Below are positions 10,017 through 19,061 of a stretch of 32,000 nt of DNA, piece after piece. Both the position numbers and the translations under genes were made by a program. Under the pieces are notes generated by a model, which saw only the letters and a list, made by a program, of their open reading frames with translations, did no database searches and had not been told where the DNA came from. The first letter of the stretch is position 1, and each line of letters starts with the position of its first letter. Location: positions 90,001 to 122,000 of the forward strand of contig NZ_QLIR01000003.1 in the NCBI RefSeq assembly GCF_003428155.1. The letters run 5' to 3'. Source of the DNA: Fastidiosibacter lacustris. GTDB taxonomy: Bacteria > Pseudomonadota > Gammaproteobacteria > Francisellales > Francisellaceae.

Positions 10017-10955
10017 ATGTTTGGTTATATAGTGAGACGTTTAGGTGGCGCCATTCCCACCTTATTTGTGGTGGTATTAATTAGCTTTTTAATGGTGCAT
10101 ATGACCCCTGGAGATCCTTTTGCAACAGAGCGTGCACTGCCTCCAGAAGTGTTAAAACAACTTCATCATCAATATCGTTTAGATTTACCGCTTTGGAAAC
10201 AGTTTTTATATTATTTAAATGATTTGATTCATGGTAATTTGGGGTATTCCTATAAGTATCAAGGCCAATCAATTAATCAGCTTGTTTTTCCAGCAGGTGC
10301 TCAAGGTGGTTTTTGGGTGTCAGTACAGTTGGGTATGTTTAGTATTATTTTGGCAAGTATTTTGGGTGTGATTTTTGGTGCTTTCTCAGCGCTTACACGT
10401 AATACTAAATTTAACTTTATAGACCACATTATCGGTGTGGTTGCAATGTCGTTTATCTCAACACCTATCGTAGTAACAGCGCCTTTAGCGGTACTTATAT
10501 TTGCTGTTATTCTAGGTTTGTTTCCGGCAGGAGGCTGGGGGTCGTGGAGCGATATGGTTCTACCTGTGATCGTATTGGCGATCCCTTATATTGCGATTAT
10601 TACCCAAATTACAAGAAGTAGCTTGATTGAAATCATGAGCTCTCCATTTATTCGTACTGCTAAAGCTAAGGGTTTATCCATGCCACGAATTGTCTGGAGG
10701 CATGCGCTTAAGCCTTCACTTATGCCCGTGGTATCTTTTTTAGGACCAGCTGCTGCAGGGATCTTAACAGGTTCGGTTGTTGTGGAAACTGTTTTCACAA
10801 TTCCTGGTATTGGCGTTCAAGTGGTACAAGGTGCAATAAACCGTGATTATAATCTTGTCTTGACCTTAACGATTATTTATAGCTTATTGGTGATTTTATT
10901 TAACTTAATTGTTGATATTATATATGCCTTTTTAGATCCAAAAATTCGTTATTAG
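10017..10955 (+). CDS. oppB: Oligopeptide ABC transporter permease OppB
   Basis: 312 aa. MFGYIVRRLGGAIPTLFVVVLISFLMVHMTPGDPF; EAA-loop region RTAKAKGLSMPRIVWRHALKPSLMPVVSFLGP. Confidence 0.96.
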   Translation: MFGYIVRRLGGAIPTLFVVVLISFLMVHMTPGDPFATERALPPEVLKQLHHQYRLDLPLWKQFLYYLNDLIHGNLGYSYKYQGQSINQLVFPAGAQGGFWVSVQLGMFSIILASILGVIFGAFSALTRNTKFNFIDHIIGVVAMSFISTPIVVTAPLAVLIFAVILGLFPAGGWGSWSDMVLPVIVLAIPYIAIITQITRSSLIEIMSSPFIRTAKAKGLSMPRIVWRHALKPSLMPVVSFLGPAAAGILTGSVVVETVFTIPGIGVQVVQGAINRDYNLVLTLTIIYSLLVILFNLIVDIIYAFLDPKIRY

Positions 10956-10967
10956 GGAGAAGCGATC

Positions 10968-11903
10968 ATGGCAAAAAGTTTCACAGTTGAACAAAAAAAG
11001 AAAAATGCAAATTTCTTAGAAGAGGTCGCTAATACTTCACATGAGCAATCGTTTAAGGGTAGGAGCCTTTATTATGACGCTTGGGAGCGTTTTAGAAAGA
11101 ATAAAATAGCGATGATTAGTCTTATGATATTAGGATTAATCGTGTTGGCAGTGATTGTATTACCTTGGTTTTCACCTTATACCTATGCTCATCAAAACCT
11201 AACAGAGGTTTATCAAGCACCAAGTTCTAAGCATTGGTTTGGTACGGATAGTTTGGGACGTGATGTATTTACCAGAGTAATGGTTGGCGGACGTGTGACC
11301 TTGCAAATTGGTTTGGTGGCAACCCTCGTTAGTGTGATTATTGGTACATTAATAGGCGCTACAGCGGGATTTTTTGGAAATAAAATTGATAATATTTTAA
11401 TGCGTATTGTCGATGTGCTTTATGGCTTACCATTTATGTTCTTTGCAATCTTATTGGTCACACTTTTGGGGCGCAATTTTGTGTTGGTGTTTATTGCCAT
11501 TGGTGCGGTAAGTTGGTTGGATATGGCACGTGTTGTGCGTGGACAAACCTTAAGTTTAAAGAGCAAAGAATTTATTGAAGCAGCTTATGTGTGTGGCGTA
11601 AAAGAGCACACTATCATTACCCGTCATATTGTTAGAAATCTAATTGGTATTATTGCTGTGTATATTACATTAACTGTACCTGTTGTGATTATGGTAGCCG
11701 CATTTTTAAGTTTTTTGGGGTTAGGCGTCCAACCACCAATGACAGATTGGGGTGGACTTATCAGTGATGGTGTACAGGTCATTGCTTTCAATTATTGGTG
11801 GCTACTTATTATTCCTTCAATTTTCTTAACTACGACCTTGTTATGTTTTAATTTTGTCGGTAATGGTTTAAGAGATGCACTTGATCCACGTGAACATCGT
11901 TAG
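10968..11903 (+). CDS. oppC: Oligopeptide ABC transporter permease OppC
   Basis: 311 aa. HWFGTDSLGRDVFTRVMVGGRVTLQIGLVATLVSVIIG; EAAYVCGVKEHTIITRHIVRNLIGI; C-terminal GNGLRDALDPREHR. Confidence 0.96.
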   Translation: MAKSFTVEQKKKNANFLEEVANTSHEQSFKGRSLYYDAWERFRKNKIAMISLMILGLIVLAVIVLPWFSPYTYAHQNLTEVYQAPSSKHWFGTDSLGRDVFTRVMVGGRVTLQIGLVATLVSVIIGTLIGATAGFFGNKIDNILMRIVDVLYGLPFMFFAILLVTLLGRNFVLVFIAIGAVSWLDMARVVRGQTLSLKSKEFIEAAYVCGVKEHTIITRHIVRNLIGIIAVYITLTVPVVIMVAAFLSFLGLGVQPPMTDWGGLISDGVQVIAFNYWWLLIIPSIFLTTTLLCFNFVGNGLRDALDPREHR

Positions 11904-11915
11904 GAGGAAAGAAAT

Positions 11916-12896
11916 ATGTCACTATTAGTCGCAAAAGATTTAGAAGTAAAATTTAAAACCAACGATGGACTCGTTAGTGCAGTTAACAAAATTAGCTTTA
12001 GCTTAAACCAAGGCGAAACTTTAGGAATCGTAGGAGAATCAGGTTCAGGTAAAAGCCAAACCGTTTTGGCATTAATGGGGTTATCAGCTTCAAATGCAGT
12101 GATTTCAGGGTCGGTTAAGTTTGATAAAGAAGAGCTAATTGGAATGCCAATAGCGGCATTAAATAAGGTTCGTGGGGATAAAATATCCATGATTTTCCAA
12201 GATCCAATGACCTCGTTAAACCCTTATCTTACAGTTGAAAATCAATTAAGTGAAACCCTGATTACCCATCGCAATTGCTCGAAAGCGGAAGCTAGAAGAA
12301 AGGCGATTGAAATGTTAGATGCAGTACATATTCCAGATGCCAAGAATCGTATTAAGTTATACCCACATGAATTTTCAGGTGGGATGCGACAACGTGTGAT
12401 GATTGCAATGGCTTTAATGTGTCGACCTAAACTGTTAATCGCAGATGAGCCAACAACTGCGTTAGATGTAACTGTTCAAGCACAGATTTTAAAGCTATTA
12501 AAAGAATTGCAAAATGAATTTAAAATGGCAACGATTTTGATTACTCATGATATTGGTGTAGTTGCAGGTGCTTGTGATCGGGTGATGGTGATGTATGGTG
12601 GTTCAGCTGTTGAGTCGGCAGCTGTAGATGATTTATTTATATATAGTCATCATCCTTATACTAAAGGCTTAATGGCTGCAACGCCTCGCGTTGATATCCC
12701 AAGTACACGTTTACAAGCCATTCCCGGGGAACCACCTGATTTATCTAATTTACCACGGGGCTGTGCGTTTGCACCAAGATGTGCATTTACATTGACAACG
12801 TGTGCGATGCAAAAACCTACTTTGAAAAATTTAGACAAGGAAAATACACATTTAGTTGCATGTTTTTATACACAACAACGATTGGAGACAGTATAG
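11916..12896 (+). CDS. oppD: Oligopeptide ABC transporter ATP-binding protein OppD
   Basis: Walker A GESGSGKSQT; signature SGGMRQRVMIAMAL; Walker B LLIADEPTTALDVTVQ; OppD-type C-terminal GCAFAPRCAFTLTTC. Confidence 0.97.
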   Translation: MSLLVAKDLEVKFKTNDGLVSAVNKISFSLNQGETLGIVGESGSGKSQTVLALMGLSASNAVISGSVKFDKEELIGMPIAALNKVRGDKISMIFQDPMTSLNPYLTVENQLSETLITHRNCSKAEARRKAIEMLDAVHIPDAKNRIKLYPHEFSGGMRQRVMIAMALMCRPKLLIADEPTTALDVTVQAQILKLLKELQNEFKMATILITHDIGVVAGACDRVMVMYGGSAVESAAVDDLFIYSHHPYTKGLMAATPRVDIPSTRLQAIPGEPPDLSNLPRGCAFAPRCAFTLTTCAMQKPTLKNLDKENTHLVACFYTQQRLETV

Positions 12897-13880
12897 ATGA
12901 GCACTGCAGAAGCATTATTGACGATTGAAAATTTAAAAGTATATTTTCCACTTAAAAAAACTTGGCCTTGGCAACAGACAAGATTTGTTAAAGCAGTTGA
13001 TGGTGTATCATTTGAGGTTAAAAAAGGTGAAACATTGGGTATTGTTGGTGAGTCTGGTTGTGGTAAATCAACCTTAATTCGTGCTGTTGTAGGTTTAGTG
13101 GGGGCTACAGAAGGTAAAGTCGTGTGGGCAGGCAAAGACTTAACTGCATTAAAAAGTAAAAAATCTTGGCAACCCGTACGTAAAGAAATTCAAATGATCT
13201 TCCAAGACCCTTTTGCTTCACTTAATCCGCGTATTACTATTGGTAATATTATTGCGGAACCCCTAAAAGTGCATGAACCACATTTGTCAGTATCACAAAG
13301 GCGTGAACGTGTTGAGCAGATGATGCGGATGGTAGGTTTGTCTCCCAAACATATTAACCGTTATTCTCATCAGTTTTCAGGTGGTCAATGCCAGCGTGTG
13401 GGTATTGCTCGTGCCTTGATTTTAAAGCCTTCTATCTTGGTTTGTGATGAGCCTGTAAGTGCTTTAGATGTTTCAATTCAAGCACAAGTGGTAAACCTAT
13501 TAAAAGAGTTACAACAAACGCTTGGGTTGACAATTTTATTCATTGCCCACAACTTAAGTGTGGTAAAGCATATTTCCGATCGAATTATGGTGATGTATTT
13601 AGGTAATGTAATGGAAGTTGGTGAATCTAAGTCTTTATGTGATTCTCCTCAACATCCTTATACGAAAGCATTATTGTCAGCTGTACCCTTACCAGATCCA
13701 GCGTTAGAACGAAATAAACAAATTCAAATTTTGGAAGGTGACTTGCCTTCGCCTATTAATCCACCATCAGGATGTGTGTTTCGTACACGTTGCCCATTAG
13801 CAGATGAGATTTGTGTTAAAGAGAAGCCTAAACTTCATGAAGTCACCAACGACAGAAAAGCTGCATGTATTAAGATATAA
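12897..13880 (+). CDS. oppF: Oligopeptide ABC transporter ATP-binding protein OppF
   Basis: Walker A GESGCGKSTL; signature SGGQCQRVGIARAL; Walker B ILVCDEPVSALDVSIQ; GCVFRTRCPLADEIC. Begins immediately after the oppD stop. Confidence 0.97.
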   Translation: MSTAEALLTIENLKVYFPLKKTWPWQQTRFVKAVDGVSFEVKKGETLGIVGESGCGKSTLIRAVVGLVGATEGKVVWAGKDLTALKSKKSWQPVRKEIQMIFQDPFASLNPRITIGNIIAEPLKVHEPHLSVSQRRERVEQMMRMVGLSPKHINRYSHQFSGGQCQRVGIARALILKPSILVCDEPVSALDVSIQAQVVNLLKELQQTLGLTILFIAHNLSVVKHISDRIMVMYLGNVMEVGESKSLCDSPQHPYTKALLSAVPLPDPALERNKQIQILEGDLPSPINPPSGCVFRTRCPLADEICVKEKPKLHEVTNDRKAACIKI

Positions 13881-13989
13881 ACGGGGTAAGTAATGTTGAA
13901 ATAAGTTAATTAAAAATAATTGTTTAGAGCAACATTTTTTTTGATTACAATATCTTAATAGATAAGACTTAAGAATGATGTGAATTTTT

Positions 13990-15213
13990 ATGTTAGACAT
14001 TCAAAACATTCGTCGCGATTTCCCCTTTTTAAAACAAATGGTTCATGGCAAGCCAGTTGTTTTTTTAGATACAGGCGCATCAGCGCAAAAACCAAATGTA
14101 GTGATTGATGCCGTTAAAGAAAGTTATACCAATGACTATGCGAATGTTCATCGTGGTGTGTATTATCTTAGTGATCAAGCCACTGAAAAATATGAAGGTA
14201 CGCGCAAGGTCGTACAGAACTTTCTCAATGCAGAAAAGCTTGAGGAGATTATTTTTACAAAAGGCACAACCGAGTCGATTAACCTGGTGGCAAGCTCACT
14301 ATTAGATGATTATTTTGAAGTTGGTGACGAAATTCTCATCACCGAAATGGAGCACCATGCCAATATCGTACCCTGGCAATTAATGAGTAAACACAAGCCG
14401 TTAGTGATTAAATATATTCCTGTGACAGATAAAGGCGAGCTTGATTTGTCGGCTTTACCTTCACTTTTAAAAGCTAAAACCAAACTTATTTCTTTAACAC
14501 ATTGTTCAAATGTGCTCGGTACGATAAATCCAATTAAAGAGATTATTCAACAAATTCGTCAAAACTATCCTGATATTGCTATTATGGTTGATGGTGCACA
14601 ATCGATTGTTCATCAAAAAGTCGATGTACGTGATTTAGATTGTGACTTTTTCGCTTTCTCATCTCATAAGCTTTATGGTACAACAGGGGTAGGAGTACTC
14701 TATGCTAAAGAAAAATGGCATTGGCTTATGTCACCTTATCAAGGTGGGGGAGATATGATTAAACTTGTTACGATGCAGCAAACGACTTTTGCTGATCCTC
14801 CCTATAAGTTTGAAGCAGGGACACCTGATATTATTGGTGTGATTGGTTTGTCAAAAGCAATAGAATATGTGCAAGGCGTTGGAATGGATAATATTTCTGC
14901 ACATGAACAAGCATTATTACAATATGCAACAAAATCTTTAAAAACCATTCCAGGTTTGCGAATTTTAGGTGAAAGTGAACACAAGGCAGCTGTCATTACA
15001 TTTGTCATTGATGGCTTTCACGCTAATGATTTAGGGACTTTGTTAGATTTGTCTGGGATATGTGTACGCACAGGACATCATTGCGCACAGCCGTTATTAC
15101 AACGCTTTAATGTGCCTTCTACGGTGCGTGCTTCATTTGGTATTTATAATACTCAAGAAGATGTAGATGCCTTGATAAAAGGACTGAATAAAGCAATGAA
15201 AATGTTGAACTGA
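13990..15213 (+). CDS. sufS: Cysteine desulfurase, SufS type (group II)
   Basis: 407 aa PLP enzyme. RRDFPFLKQMVHGKPVVFLDTGASAQKP; YANVHRGVYYLSDQATEKYE; GTTESINLVASS; PLP Lys in SSHKLYGTTGVGVLY; active-site loop CVRTGHHCAQPLLQRF. Could alternatively be CsdA-type. Confidence 0.92.
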   Translation: MLDIQNIRRDFPFLKQMVHGKPVVFLDTGASAQKPNVVIDAVKESYTNDYANVHRGVYYLSDQATEKYEGTRKVVQNFLNAEKLEEIIFTKGTTESINLVASSLLDDYFEVGDEILITEMEHHANIVPWQLMSKHKPLVIKYIPVTDKGELDLSALPSLLKAKTKLISLTHCSNVLGTINPIKEIIQQIRQNYPDIAIMVDGAQSIVHQKVDVRDLDCDFFAFSSHKLYGTTGVGVLYAKEKWHWLMSPYQGGGDMIKLVTMQQTTFADPPYKFEAGTPDIIGVIGLSKAIEYVQGVGMDNISAHEQALLQYATKSLKTIPGLRILGESEHKAAVITFVIDGFHANDLGTLLDLSGICVRTGHHCAQPLLQRFNVPSTVRASFGIYNTQEDVDALIKGLNKAMKMLN

Positions 15214-15219
15214 TGACGT

Positions 15220-16677
15220 TTACCAAGCAGGAATCGCAGCATCATCTGGATAAAGTTTTTCAGCTAATTTTTTGACCTGGGGAGATTGGTAGGCTTGGAT
15301 AAATTTCCTTAATAGAGGATTATTTTTATTATTGTCACGAATGACAATAATATTAGCAAAAGGCGAATCTTTAGACTCAACAAAAAGGGCTTGTTTTAGC
15401 GTTAAATTTGCTTTGGGTAAAAAATCATTGTTAATCACTGCAAGGGTTACACTACTTAAGTTATTTGGTATTTGGTCGGCTTGTAATGGAATAATTTGCA
15501 GTTTATAAGGATTATCAGTGATATCGCTTAGCGTTGCTTTCCAACTTGCTCTAGTTTTAAGTTGTATGAGTCCTGCATCAGCAAGTATCATTAAAGCACG
15601 ACCTCTGTTAGTTGGATCATTTGGGATGGCTACTTTAGCCCCCATAGGGACTTCTTTCAGTGAGTTGATCTTAATTGAAAAGACGCCCATAGGATAAATA
15701 AAGGTTTTTCCAATTTCAGTCAGCTTATAGCCAAACTCTTTTATTTGGTTTTCTAAAAATGGGATATGTTGAAATACATTAGCATCAATATCACCATTAT
15801 TTAAGGCACGATTAGGAAGATTATAGTCGCCAAATGAAACAAGTTTAACATTTAAACCATATTCATTTTTGGCTACTTGTTGTGCCATTTCCATGACCTT
15901 TTGCTGCTCAGATGATTGTGCATAACCAACAGTAATTATATTTTTATTTTGTGTGTCCTGATAAGCGTTATAGCCAATTTGTGCAATTGAAGCTAACACT
16001 AAGATGCCAGCAAGTACCCACATACTGGTAAGTTTTTTCGTATTTGTTAAGTAATTACCATAAGATTGACATAATTGCACTAAAACAATGAGTAAGATGA
16101 CACCACCATATAACAAGAAATAATTGCCATTGTTATAACCTTGGAAATAGGTAAGGTCACCAAGTCCACCACCACCAACGATCCCAGCCATTGCAGAATA
16201 ACCAATAAGACCAATAGTAGTTAAGGTAGCTGAATCTACTAATAGCGTTTTGGCTTCAGGTAATAAAACTTTAAAAATGATTTGCAGTTTAGTGGCTCCC
16301 ATAGCATTGGCTGCTTCGATAAGACCTTTATCTACCTCTGAGATGGCTGACTCGGTTAAACGTGCATAAAATGGTAGCGCAGCTATGGCTAAAGGCACAA
16401 TTGATGCAGTTGTGCCAATTGTCGTGCCAACGATTATTTTTGTTATTGGGTAAAGCAATATCAATAAAATAATATATGGGATGGAACGCGTGATATTCAC
16501 AATAAAACCAATCACTTGGTTAAACAAACGGATGCTTAAGTTTTGTTTGTTGTGTGATAAATACAGAAGCACACCCAATATTAAACCGCCAATTATTGCA
16601 ATAGCAGTGGCAATAAATACCATATAAATGGTTTGCCAAGTTGCAAGTGCCAAACTAGAAAGCATTGATTGTAGCAT
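15220..16677 (-). CDS. metIQ: Methionine uptake transporter: MetI permease fused to MetQ-like substrate-binding domain
   Basis: 485 aa. N-terminal about 210 aa is a MetI-like permease (GLILGVLLYL; EAANAMGATKLQIIFKVLLPEA; TTIGLIGYSAMAGIVGGGGLGDL). An extra TM helix at aa 218-238 is followed by a NlpA/MetQ domain (NIITVGYAQSSEQQKVMEMAQ; NVFQHIPFLENQIKEFGYKLTEIGKTFIYPMG; VAIPNDPTNRGRALMILADAGLIQL). Confidence 0.94.
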   Translation of the reverse strand: MLQSMLSSLALATWQTIYMVFIATAIAIIGGLILGVLLYLSHNKQNLSIRLFNQVIGFIVNITRSIPYIILLILLYPITKIIVGTTIGTTASIVPLAIAALPFYARLTESAISEVDKGLIEAANAMGATKLQIIFKVLLPEAKTLLVDSATLTTIGLIGYSAMAGIVGGGGLGDLTYFQGYNNGNYFLLYGGVILLIVLVQLCQSYGNYLTNTKKLTSMWVLAGILVLASIAQIGYNAYQDTQNKNIITVGYAQSSEQQKVMEMAQQVAKNEYGLNVKLVSFGDYNLPNRALNNGDIDANVFQHIPFLENQIKEFGYKLTEIGKTFIYPMGVFSIKINSLKEVPMGAKVAIPNDPTNRGRALMILADAGLIQLKTRASWKATLSDITDNPYKLQIIPLQADQIPNNLSSVTLAVINNDFLPKANLTLKQALFVESKDSPFANIIVIRDNNKNNPLLRKFIQAYQSPQVKKLAEKLYPDDAAIPAW

Positions 16678-17707
16678 AACCGATTACCTCGATTTTGATT
16701 TGTTGTTGATGCAAAAAGCCTAATGCCTTTTCCCAGTTATCTTTCTCACCTAACATATGGCAAATAGTGATCCCAACTGATTGAGCTTGAATACGTTCGA
16801 TGTTGGCCTGAATAATGTTACAAGAGACTTTAAATTTGCTATTTAGCTCAGCAATCACAGGTGTAGTAATACTGTCTCCTAGAAAAGTCATTTTGATAAC
16901 AGGAGATAAGTGTTCAGCCTGATAAGGGTCATTGTAAAGTTTGCTTTGAATTTCTTCAGGTAATTTCAAGTGCATGCTATTTTCAGTAAAGCTTTTGGCA
17001 ATAGCGGTTTTGGGGCTTAAAAAAAGCTCTGTAACGGTTCCAGTTTCTTGAATTTCACCTTCATCAATAATTGCTACCTGATCACAAATTTTACGGATAA
17101 CGTCCATTTCATGCGTGATTAAAATGATAGTAAGGTTAAGCTCTTTATTTAGCCTTTTGAGCAGCGTTAGAATTTGATCTGTTGTTTCAGGATCAAGCGC
17201 TGAAGTCGCCTCATCACATAAAAGCGCAACTGGTTCTGACGCTAAAGCGCGTGCAATAGCAACACGTTGTTTTTGACCACCACTTAACTCATCTGGATAA
17301 CTACGTGCTTTTTGATCTAAACCAACTAGTGTTAATAATTCATTTACTTTGGTGTGAATTTTGTCCTTGCTAACATGTTGCAATTCAAGTGGAAAAGAAA
17401 TATTGTCATAAACCGTCCGTGAAGACAATAAGTTAAAATGTTGAAAGATCATACCAATTTTTTGACGTGCTTTTCTTAGCTTCTCATTTGAAAGCTTGGT
17501 AATATCTTCACCATTAATCAAAATATGACCTTCGCTTGGAGCTTCGAGCAAATTAATACATCGAATAAGTGTACTTTTACCAGCGCCGCTTTTACCAATA
17601 ATGCCAAATACTTGACCATCTTGGATTTTAAGATTGATTCCTTTAAGGGCAACGTGACGAGCATGCTTGGTTAGGTATTCTTTTTTTAGATTTTGAATTT
17701 CAATCAT
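16655..17707 (-). CDS. metN: Methionine ABC transporter ATP-binding protein MetN
   Basis: 350 aa. Walker A GKSGAGKSTLIRCINLLE; LSGGQKQRVAIARAL; ALLCDEATSALDPETT; C-terminal NIL/ACT-like domain. Its 3' end overlaps metIQ by 23 nt. Confidence 0.95.
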   Translation of the reverse strand: MIEIQNLKKEYLTKHARHVALKGINLKIQDGQVFGIIGKSGAGKSTLIRCINLLEAPSEGHILINGEDITKLSNEKLRKARQKIGMIFQHFNLLSSRTVYDNISFPLELQHVSKDKIHTKVNELLTLVGLDQKARSYPDELSGGQKQRVAIARALASEPVALLCDEATSALDPETTDQILTLLKRLNKELNLTIILITHEMDVIRKICDQVAIIDEGEIQETGTVTELFLSPKTAIAKSFTENSMHLKLPEEIQSKLYNDPYQAEHLSPVIKMTFLGDSITTPVIAELNSKFKVSCNIIQANIERIQAQSVGITICHMLGEKDNWEKALGFLHQQQIKIEVIGYATINAF

Positions 17708-17843
17708 CCTATTTTTCCACCTCTTTTTTATAAAAAATTAAATATAATTCGATTTGAATAATTTTTTGTCACACCCTTAAAGTTGAAGTGGTTAAAAGTA
17801 TAATGCTATTATTTAGCATGTGCTATTCCAATTGCGAAGCATT

Positions 17844-19052
17844 TTATTGGGTTTGATGGCGAGGGAATTTGCGATGAGTATAAGCAATAAGAATAATAAT
17901 ACTCAAAACTGATAATATGGTAAAACTGATTGGCATTGAGAGCGTATCACTTAATGGCAATATCGTTATAATTGCAGTGATTAATGAAGCAGTTCCCATT
18001 TGAAAAAAACCCATCATTGCGGATGCTGAACCTGCAGTTATGGTAAAAGGTGCCAAGGCTTTAGCAGTAGCAATCGGTATGACAAAGGCAATACCAGTGA
18101 AAAGAATAATAACGGGAATTAGTAAACTATATAAATGTACTATGTCAAATAGCATAAAAATTAACAGCAATAATGCGCCACAAAGACTAATTAACATGCC
18201 AACAAGTAAAATGCCATTTTGACTCATTTTATGGCAAAGATAAGTGCATAGTATAGAACCAAGCATAAAAGCAAATACAATCCCTGCTGCGATGACGATA
18301 AACCAAATCTTTTGTAAGTGCAAAATGTTAATTACAATGCCAGGTGCCTCAACCAAACAGCTATAAACCATCCCAATATTTAAACCTAAAATACATAAAT
18401 AGACAAAATAGCCGCGTGTACCATATAAGCTCCAATAATTAATGACAAATTTGTATGGTCGTGTAGCACCATAATTTTTTTGCTTTAAAGTTTCTGGAAA
18501 TAACCAGATAACAAAAATAAGCAAAATAATTGACAGCACAAATAAAACAATAAAGTTAAATTGCCAAGGCACAAAGGTTCCAACGATTGCACCAGCACCT
18601 GGTGCAATTGCAAAGGCAGTATTCATCTTGGCAAACACTTTACCTTGATCTTTTTGCAAAAAAGCATCTCTTACGGCAGCGCTAGAAATAACAGCCCCAG
18701 CACATGCACCAAACCCTTGTAAAAAACGAGCAAAAATCAAAATCACAATATTAGGGCTCATCAGACAAATTGTAGAACCAATAAGGAAAATGACAGAACC
18801 AATAATCATAATTGGCTTACGACCAAAACGATCTGAAAACGGACCATATAGGATTTGACTGATAGAATAACCTAAAAGATAAAAAGTAATCGTCAATTGA
18901 ACATTATGATAGGGAGTGTTGAAGGCTTCAGCAATACTTGGTAATGAAGGTGCATAAATGGTATCACCAAAAGGACCTACTGAAATCATCAATACCAAAA
19001 TAAAGAGTGATGGAGTGATAAAAGCAGCAGCCTTACTTGTTGTTTGATTCAT
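17844..19052 (-). CDS. MFS transporter, Bcr/CflA drug resistance family
   Basis: 402 aa. GDTIYAPSLPSIAEAFNTPYHNVQLTITFYLLGYSISQILYGPFSDRFGRKPIMIIG; LIFARFLQGFGACAGAVISSAAVRDAF. Confidence 0.93.
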   Translation of the reverse strand: MNQTTSKAAAFITPSLFILVLMISVGPFGDTIYAPSLPSIAEAFNTPYHNVQLTITFYLLGYSISQILYGPFSDRFGRKPIMIIGSVIFLIGSTICLMSPNIVILIFARFLQGFGACAGAVISSAAVRDAFLQKDQGKVFAKMNTAFAIAPGAGAIVGTFVPWQFNFIVLFVLSIILLIFVIWLFPETLKQKNYGATRPYKFVINYWSLYGTRGYFVYLCILGLNIGMVYSCLVEAPGIVINILHLQKIWFIVIAAGIVFAFMLGSILCTYLCHKMSQNGILLVGMLISLCGALLLLIFMLFDIVHLYSLLIPVIILFTGIAFVIPIATAKALAPFTITAGSASAMMGFFQMGTASLITAIITILPLSDTLSMPISFTILSVLSIIILIAYTHRKFPRHQTQ

Positions 19053-19061
19053 CTTTTTACT

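Noticed and set aside
9586-10798. Minus-strand ORFs at 9586-9771, 10081-10272 and 10586-10798
   Set aside because: Antisense to oppA/oppB with no coherent protein features.
11900-13135. Minus-strand ORFs over oppD/oppF starts (96, 60 and 89 aa)
   Set aside because: These are reverse-complement readings of the Walker A/ABC region (Pro/Ser-rich LPEPDSPTIPKVSP, QPDSPTIPNVSP), a well-known antisense artefact of ABC genes.
17803-17819. ATGCTA-TTATT-TAGCAT inverted repeat after the Bcr/CflA gene
   Set aside because: A 6-bp stem downstream of the minus-strand stop, but lacking a proper T-run; may be a weak terminator and is not called.
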